Below are positions 13,181-18,437 of a stretch of 18,437 nucleotides of DNA, piece after piece (the stretch's first letter is position 1; every line of letters starts with the position of its first letter). The position numbers were made by a program, and so were the translations under genes. This DNA comes from Bugula neritina (Eukaryota; Animalia; Bryozoa), in contig CAXIUT010000083.1 in NCBI GenBank assembly GCA_964035545.1, positions 1 through 18,437 on the forward strand, given 5' to 3'. The notes under the pieces are model-generated. The model was given only the letters and a program-made list of their open reading frames with translations, ran no database searches and had not been told where the DNA came from.

Positions 13181-13942
13181 TCAGTTAAATTTCATATTTT
13201 ATTTTTATTCCATTCTTGTGATCACTTTATCGACAACTTTTCCTTCATAGTTCCAAATATTTTACAAGTATTTGCTGACTTATTCTTTTCTTTATTACTC
13301 TCCATTTTACTGTTTAGCAGACTAATTTATTTTCCATTAATCAATATTAAACTTATTGATTTCTACACTTTATAAACTAAAAGATTCTTTCTTAGGAACT
13401 TACTTCACAACTATATTCTGGTCATATCTTATCGAACTGAATGGTTCTTTTTCTACTTTTGTATTTTAAACTATTTCTTTGTTTGATAAATTAACTTTTT
13501 AAACTTATTTTGATAAACAGTCTTATTCTTTTTTTTTATGAGATTATTTGACTGATAATTTTTAGTCTTCTACCTTTTCAATAGGTTTATCTTCTTCTTA
13601 AGAACTTTTATTTTATTTAGGATTGCTTTAAAGGTTTACTTCTGGTGTTTAGTTGACTTTATTTTCAGATTTATTTTTCTTCTTTATTTCATCAAGTGAC
13701 TACTTTGAGTTTTAAAGTTATTTTTTAGATTATTTTTTGATTTAATTGCTTGAATTGATAAGTTTAGCATTCTCTTTGTCTTCTAAAGGCAATGGAGAAG
13801 ATTCTTCTTTTTACAATGAAATGGGTTTTTAACTAAAATTTACAGCTTTAGATGATTTAGCAGACTGTGGAGTATTTTTTTCTTCAAGGACATGAGGTTG
13901 CTGCTGAGGAATATCCATAACTTGGGAATTTTCACAACCCAT
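13181..13942 (-). CDS. Glu/Lys-rich low-complexity protein with N-terminal MGCENS acylation motif (253 aa)
   Basis: 254-codon frame from ATG to TGA. The MGCxxS start is typical of N-myristoylation plus palmitoylation. The body is highly charged and probably disordered. Confidence 0.75.
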
Positions 13943-14046
13943 CAAATGTTTCTAACTTAATTATTTATTAGAAAGAATCAATTCTTCTAAAGTAGTAATA
14001 CTAATAAATAAGGAATAACAATAAAAGAATGAATTATATTCGACTA

Positions 14047-15237
14047 TCAATTGAATTTAAGCTGAAATACTTCAAAGGTTTCTAACTAGACTTCTCGAGT
14101 TAGTCCACTACCCAACAATTCTTCAACTTTTTCTCCTCGATTATTATAGAAGGAATTGTTGATGCCGAAATTAGAGAAAACTTTATTTTCTTGAGATTTT
14201 AATCTCAGTTAAGAGTTACCAAAGATCAAGAAGAAATCATCATAAGCAATAGTCCTCGTATTAGGTTTAGCTGGTTCAAAGACTTTTCTATTGCTTAATG
14301 AAAAGATAAGTCCATCTTTATTGGAATTCATATTTGGATAGAATGGTCCTTCACTATAGGCAGCTAGTGTATATCCGTTAACAAGTTTTATCACAACCAC
14401 AATGTACTCTTTGTTATCAATTTATTTATGGAAGTTAGTTTTGTTCAAGGTATCATACCTATACAATAGCTTTGTTCTTGTGATTTTATTTTTGATTCTT
14501 TTTTCAAGAATATCAATTAAGTATGATTTATAGCCATCATCACCTTCTAGAACTTCACCTGAAAAATATTACTTTACATTATTGTTGCGACTATTTACAG
14601 GTTTCATAACACTAGATTGACTTAATTGTCTATTCAATTGTTATATTTAACCTTTTAGTAAAATATTGCTTCTTTCTTTTAGTCTTAACTGATCATTTAA
14701 ATCCTAACTTTTACTTCTTTCTTGTTTTAGTAGACTTTAGTATTTTCTTTAAGTCTATGAGAGTTGAAAATTCAATTTATTGATCTTCAATATATTTTAT
14801 TAAAGCTCTTTCTGTATTCCTGCTTGAGGAGGTTGATTCATATTTTTTGTTATTTAATTTTGTAGCTCATAGTTAAGTCTATCTTTATTTAGATTCAAAT
14901 CTCTCAACTATTCATTTCTTAAACCTAGATTTTTCGTTATTTCTAAGTTCCTGTATTAAAGAGTATGTTTCTCTGAAGATAGTTCTTTTATTTTTGACTA
15001 CAAGTAGAGAATATTTTTTCTCTAATTATCTAAAGACTGTTTGTATTGATTTAAATGAATCGATAGTTCTTTATTAGCATTATGAAGTTCTTCATAACTC
15101 CTGACAAGAGAGTCAAATTTTTCTTTAGGTATTGAACCAGAAGTCTGTATTTCTCTATCTAGTCTATTTCTTGTATTGTGTGAAGGAACATTTATCTAAC
15201 TTGATTCAGGTGGAATGCATTGTAAATGATTACCCAT
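14047..15237 (-). CDS. Coiled-coil plus C-terminal TLDc-domain protein (396 aa)
   Basis: MGN start, a heptad-rich middle, then KLLYR...FHKEIDNKEYIVVVIKLVNGYTLAAYS...LIFSL...FGNSELRL...FEVFQ, matching the TLDc pattern (LLYR, FH..CD, GY.FG.Y, F.FSL, FG..DL, EVF). Confidence 0.8.
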
Positions 15238-15424
15238 TCAATATAATTTTATACTTATAAACTGTAAGAAATATTATATTTTTAATCATTTATTATTTTA
15301 TATCTAATTGTTATTTAATCTGTTTTAAAAACTTTTAATTATTGTAATCTATTTCTATTTATTAATATCTTTTATTGAAAACATTTAAAAGTTCATAACT
15401 TATATTGATTTGAAAATATTTTAA

Positions 15425-16683
15425 ATGTCATAAGAAAAGAAAGAGAAAAAATATATTCCTCTCGATGAAAGTGAGATCAACCTTTTCAAAGCTTATGGTC
15501 TTGGACCCTATGCTGAGTCTATCAAGAAACTAGAAGAAGAGAACAAAGAAATGATCCAAAAAATAAACAAACTCACAGGCATCAAATAACTTGATACTGG
15601 AATCTCCTTACCTGCTCAGTGGAATCTTGCATAGGATTCTAAAAAGCTGCTGAACAACCTCTGCAAGTAGCTCGATGCAACAAGATCATAACTGATGGCA
15701 ATGAAAGCAAATATGTGATTCACTTGAAACAAATCGCCAAGTTTGTAGTGAAGCTAAGTGATAAGTTATCTCCAACTGATGTCGAAGAAGGAATGCGAGT
15801 CGGAGTTGATCGCCAGAAGTATCAAATTCAAATGCCTTTACCTGCCAAGATCGATGCAACTGTAACTATGATGACAGTTGAAGATAAACCAGATGTGACT
15901 TACAATGATGTTGGAGGTTGCAAAGAACAACTATAAAAACTCAGATAAGTTGTAGAAATGCCTCTGCTAACACCCTAAAAGTTTATTGATCTCGGTATTG
16001 ACCCACCTAAAGGTGTTCTTCTTTATGGACCTCCTGGAACAGGAAAAACTCTAACAGCTAGAGCAGTTGCTAACAGAACAGATGCTTGCTTTATTCGAGT
16101 CATTGGCTCAGAGCTAGTTCAGAAGTATGTGGGAGAAGGAGCTCGAATGGTGAGAGAAATCTTCCAAATGGCTAGAACTAAAAAGGCTTGTATCATTTTC
16201 TTTGATGAAATCGATGCTATTGGAGGAGCTAGATTCGATGATGGTTCAGGAGGAGATCATTAAGTACAAAGAACTATGTTGGAAATAGTTAACCAAATGG
16301 ATGGCTTTGATTCAAGAGGAAACATCAAAGTGCTGATGGCAACCAACAGACCTGACACTCTTGATCCTGCTCTCATGAGACCTGGAAGAATCGATAGGAA
16401 AATTGAGTTTGCTCTTCCAGACCTCTAAGGAAGAGTTCATATTTTCAAAATTCATGCTAAGACTATGTCAGTTGAGAAAGGAATTAGATATGAGTTGTTA
16501 GGAAGATTATGTCCCAATACTACTGGAGCTGAGCTGAGATCTGTTTGTACAGAGGCAGGTATGTTTTCTATTCGAGATCGTCGTAAAGCTATAACTGAAA
16601 AAGATTTGATTAAGGCAATCGATAAAGTCATCAAAGGTTATAAGAAATTCAGTGCAACAGGAAAATATATGGTCTATAATTGA
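15425..16683 (+). CDS. RPT1: 26S proteasome AAA-ATPase subunit RPT1/PSMC2 (~419 aa), with a one-base frame break at ~15641-15651
   Basis: [112 protein letters not shown] and a C-terminal [15 protein letters not shown] characteristic of RPT1. Confidence 0.96.
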
Positions 16684-16741
16684 TTCAAGATAAATGTTAT
16701 AAGTTATTATTTAAGAATAATTGATTAATCATTCATTTATT

Positions 16742-16828
16742 GGGGTTGGGGTTGGGGTTGGGGTTGGGGTTGGGGTTGGGGTTGGGGTTGGGGTTGGGGT
16801 TGGGGTTGGGGTTGGGGTTGGGGTTGGG
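16742..16828 (+). repeat. Internal telomeric tract (GGGGTT)n, right-end orientation
   Basis: 87 nt of perfect repeat starting 58 nt after the RPT1 stop and ending ...GGGGTTGGG, followed abruptly by unique sequence. Confidence 0.97.
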
Positions 16829-17600
16829 TATTATACTATTCTAATTATTTTTATTCTTGAAGTGCTTTCACTTGTTCATCCATTCTTTTTAAACATTCTT
16901 CTTTTTAATTGATTTTGAAATCTAACTCATCAAGATATTTTTCTTTATCTTCAGCTTTTTCTTATTGATTATTAATATTTTCATTAATATTTGACAAGTT
17001 ATCTTATAGAAGACTAATTTATTAAGTTAAAGTTTATATTTTTTAATTCTTTTGGATTAAATCACATTCTGATTTTTATAATTTTTAATTAATTAAACTA
17101 TTCAACTCATGCATTTTGGCATTGACTAAACTCAATTATGATTATAAAACTCTATCTTACTAATAACTTTTATTTAATATTTCATTATCCAAAATTAGAA
17201 TTTCACTTTTAGATTTATGATGATGATTTTAAGGATTATAATTATGACTAGAACTATTTTATTTCATCATTTTAGATGGAAGCATATTCCCAAATGTTCC
17301 AGAACATCTCATTTTCTGATGAATTTTTTGATTGTTAGTTATGATTACCTTAAAATCATCATTTATTGATTTTTTATTATCATAATCTTAAATTGAATTA
17401 CATTTACTCTTTTGAAATGATAAAATTTAAGATTATAGACTATTAGTTTTAATTTATTGTTCTTATATTACTTAATGTGTAAATTTTAATTCTTATCGAT
17501 AACTTTCTAATTATTTACTATAATAAATTCTCAGCTTTTATTCTATCTCTGCAAGAATTAATTTTATTTTTGAATCTTAAATTGATTTATTTTGCTTTAT
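16829..17600 (-). CDS. Coiled-coil protein fragment, 3'-truncated at the internal telomere; 5' part (17601 to ~18200) unresolved
   Basis: A TGA-free frame of ~257 codons: EDSKIKLILAEIEEKLRIYYSKELESYREELKF...ELSLVNAKMHELNSLINEKLEK...EECLKRMDEQVKALQEEKELEEYN, running directly into the telomere tract with no stop. Confidence 0.65.
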
Positions 17601-18362
17601 TCAACTAATATGCTATCTAGCCCACATTATCAACCAAATCAAGAACATTTTTATTATTTCCTGATCTATTTGAAACTCTTCTAATATGTTTTCCAAGTTA
17701 TTATAGAATGAAGTTCTCTCTCTCAGCATAATATTTTTTTAATGAATTTTCCTCATTATGTTAATTATCTTGCTTCTGTGATAAATATTGATGATTAACT
17801 GATGTAGATTATTTTTTGATTTATTCGATAATGTGTCTGATTTAACATATTCTATGAAGATGGATTGAGTTAAGTTTAATTTGAACTGATGATAAAGTTT
17901 ATTTGCCGAAATTAGGAATTTGAGATGTGATAACAAATATTAACTTTTCAGTTAAGTCAATGACAGATTGTTATTTAGATAAAATCCTTTGCTTTTATTA
18001 TATCTAGAGTGCTCGAGTGCTATTTTATTATGAGATATTTCTAATTTTTATTCTTTGAGATCATTGATTTTGATAACTTGAACTAATTTGAACTTGTTTT
18101 TAAAACTTTCGAATATCCCAAGTGATTTTTCTTATGATTTAAGGTGTGTTTGATACTTTGAGAATCAGCTGTTATTTGATTTCTTCCTTCAATCAACATA
18201 ATAAAACTAATTAATCAATACAAAATCTTCTAAAAAATCTATAAAAGTTATCAAATATATTCAACAGTTAAAATTAATACAAATCAACGTAATCTCATAA
18301 ACAAAGTAAGATATATTAAGATATCACTTTTATAATAAATTTATATTTTATTTTGAAATAAT

Positions 18363-18437
18363 GGGGTTGGGGTTGGGGTTGGGGTTGGGGTTGGGGTTGG
18401 GGTTGGGGTTGGGGTTGGGGTTGGGGTTGGGGTTGGG
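18363..18437 (+). repeat. Right telomere (GGGGTT)n
   Basis: 75 nt of perfect repeat to the end of the window, ending TTGGG. Confidence 0.98.

Noticed and set aside
15619-15646. An intron explaining the RPT1 frame break (GT 15619 to AG 15634 or 15646)
   Set aside because: Lengths of 16 and 28 nt give the wrong phase and would delete the conserved Trp.
16721-16912. ORF with a GVGVGV repeat in the supplied track
   Set aside because: It is the translation of the telomeric GGGGTT tract.
18061-18300. TGA read as Trp (ambiguous stop code)
   Set aside because: In every identifiable gene the conserved Trp residues use TGG and TGA appears only at the end. The suggestive stretches have no homology support.

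Overview
This is eukaryotic DNA: an AT-rich ciliate macronuclear molecule with Tetrahymena-type (CCCCAA/TTGGGG)n telomeres at both ends and a third, internal G-strand tract at 16742-16828. Conserved proteins (RPT1, RNR small subunit, acyl-CoA oxidase, copine, EF-hand) show that TAA and TAG both encode Glu and only TGA is stop. That is the peritrich nuclear code (NCBI table 30), so the supplied standard-code ORF track only shows fragments. Re-read by hand in that code, 1-16828 looks like a complete ~16.8-kb telomere-to-telomere minichromosome with about 13 tightly packed genes: a 5'-truncated ABCC transporter, PH-domain protein, acyl-CoA oxidase, HTH protein, copine, Lys-rich ORF, RNR R2, EF-hand protein, hypothetical protein, PDI-like protein, acylated Glu/Lys-rich protein, TLDc protein and proteasome RPT1. 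A 1.5-kb piece of another chromosome end, carrying a 3'-truncated coiled-coil gene, is joined to the internal telomere. The most striking observations are ten tiny introns (eight of exactly 20 nt, all with A six bases from the 3' end), a telomere added inside the ABCC coding sequence, the telomere-to-CDS fusion and a one-base frame break in RPT1. All translations and counts were done by eye, with no database searches.
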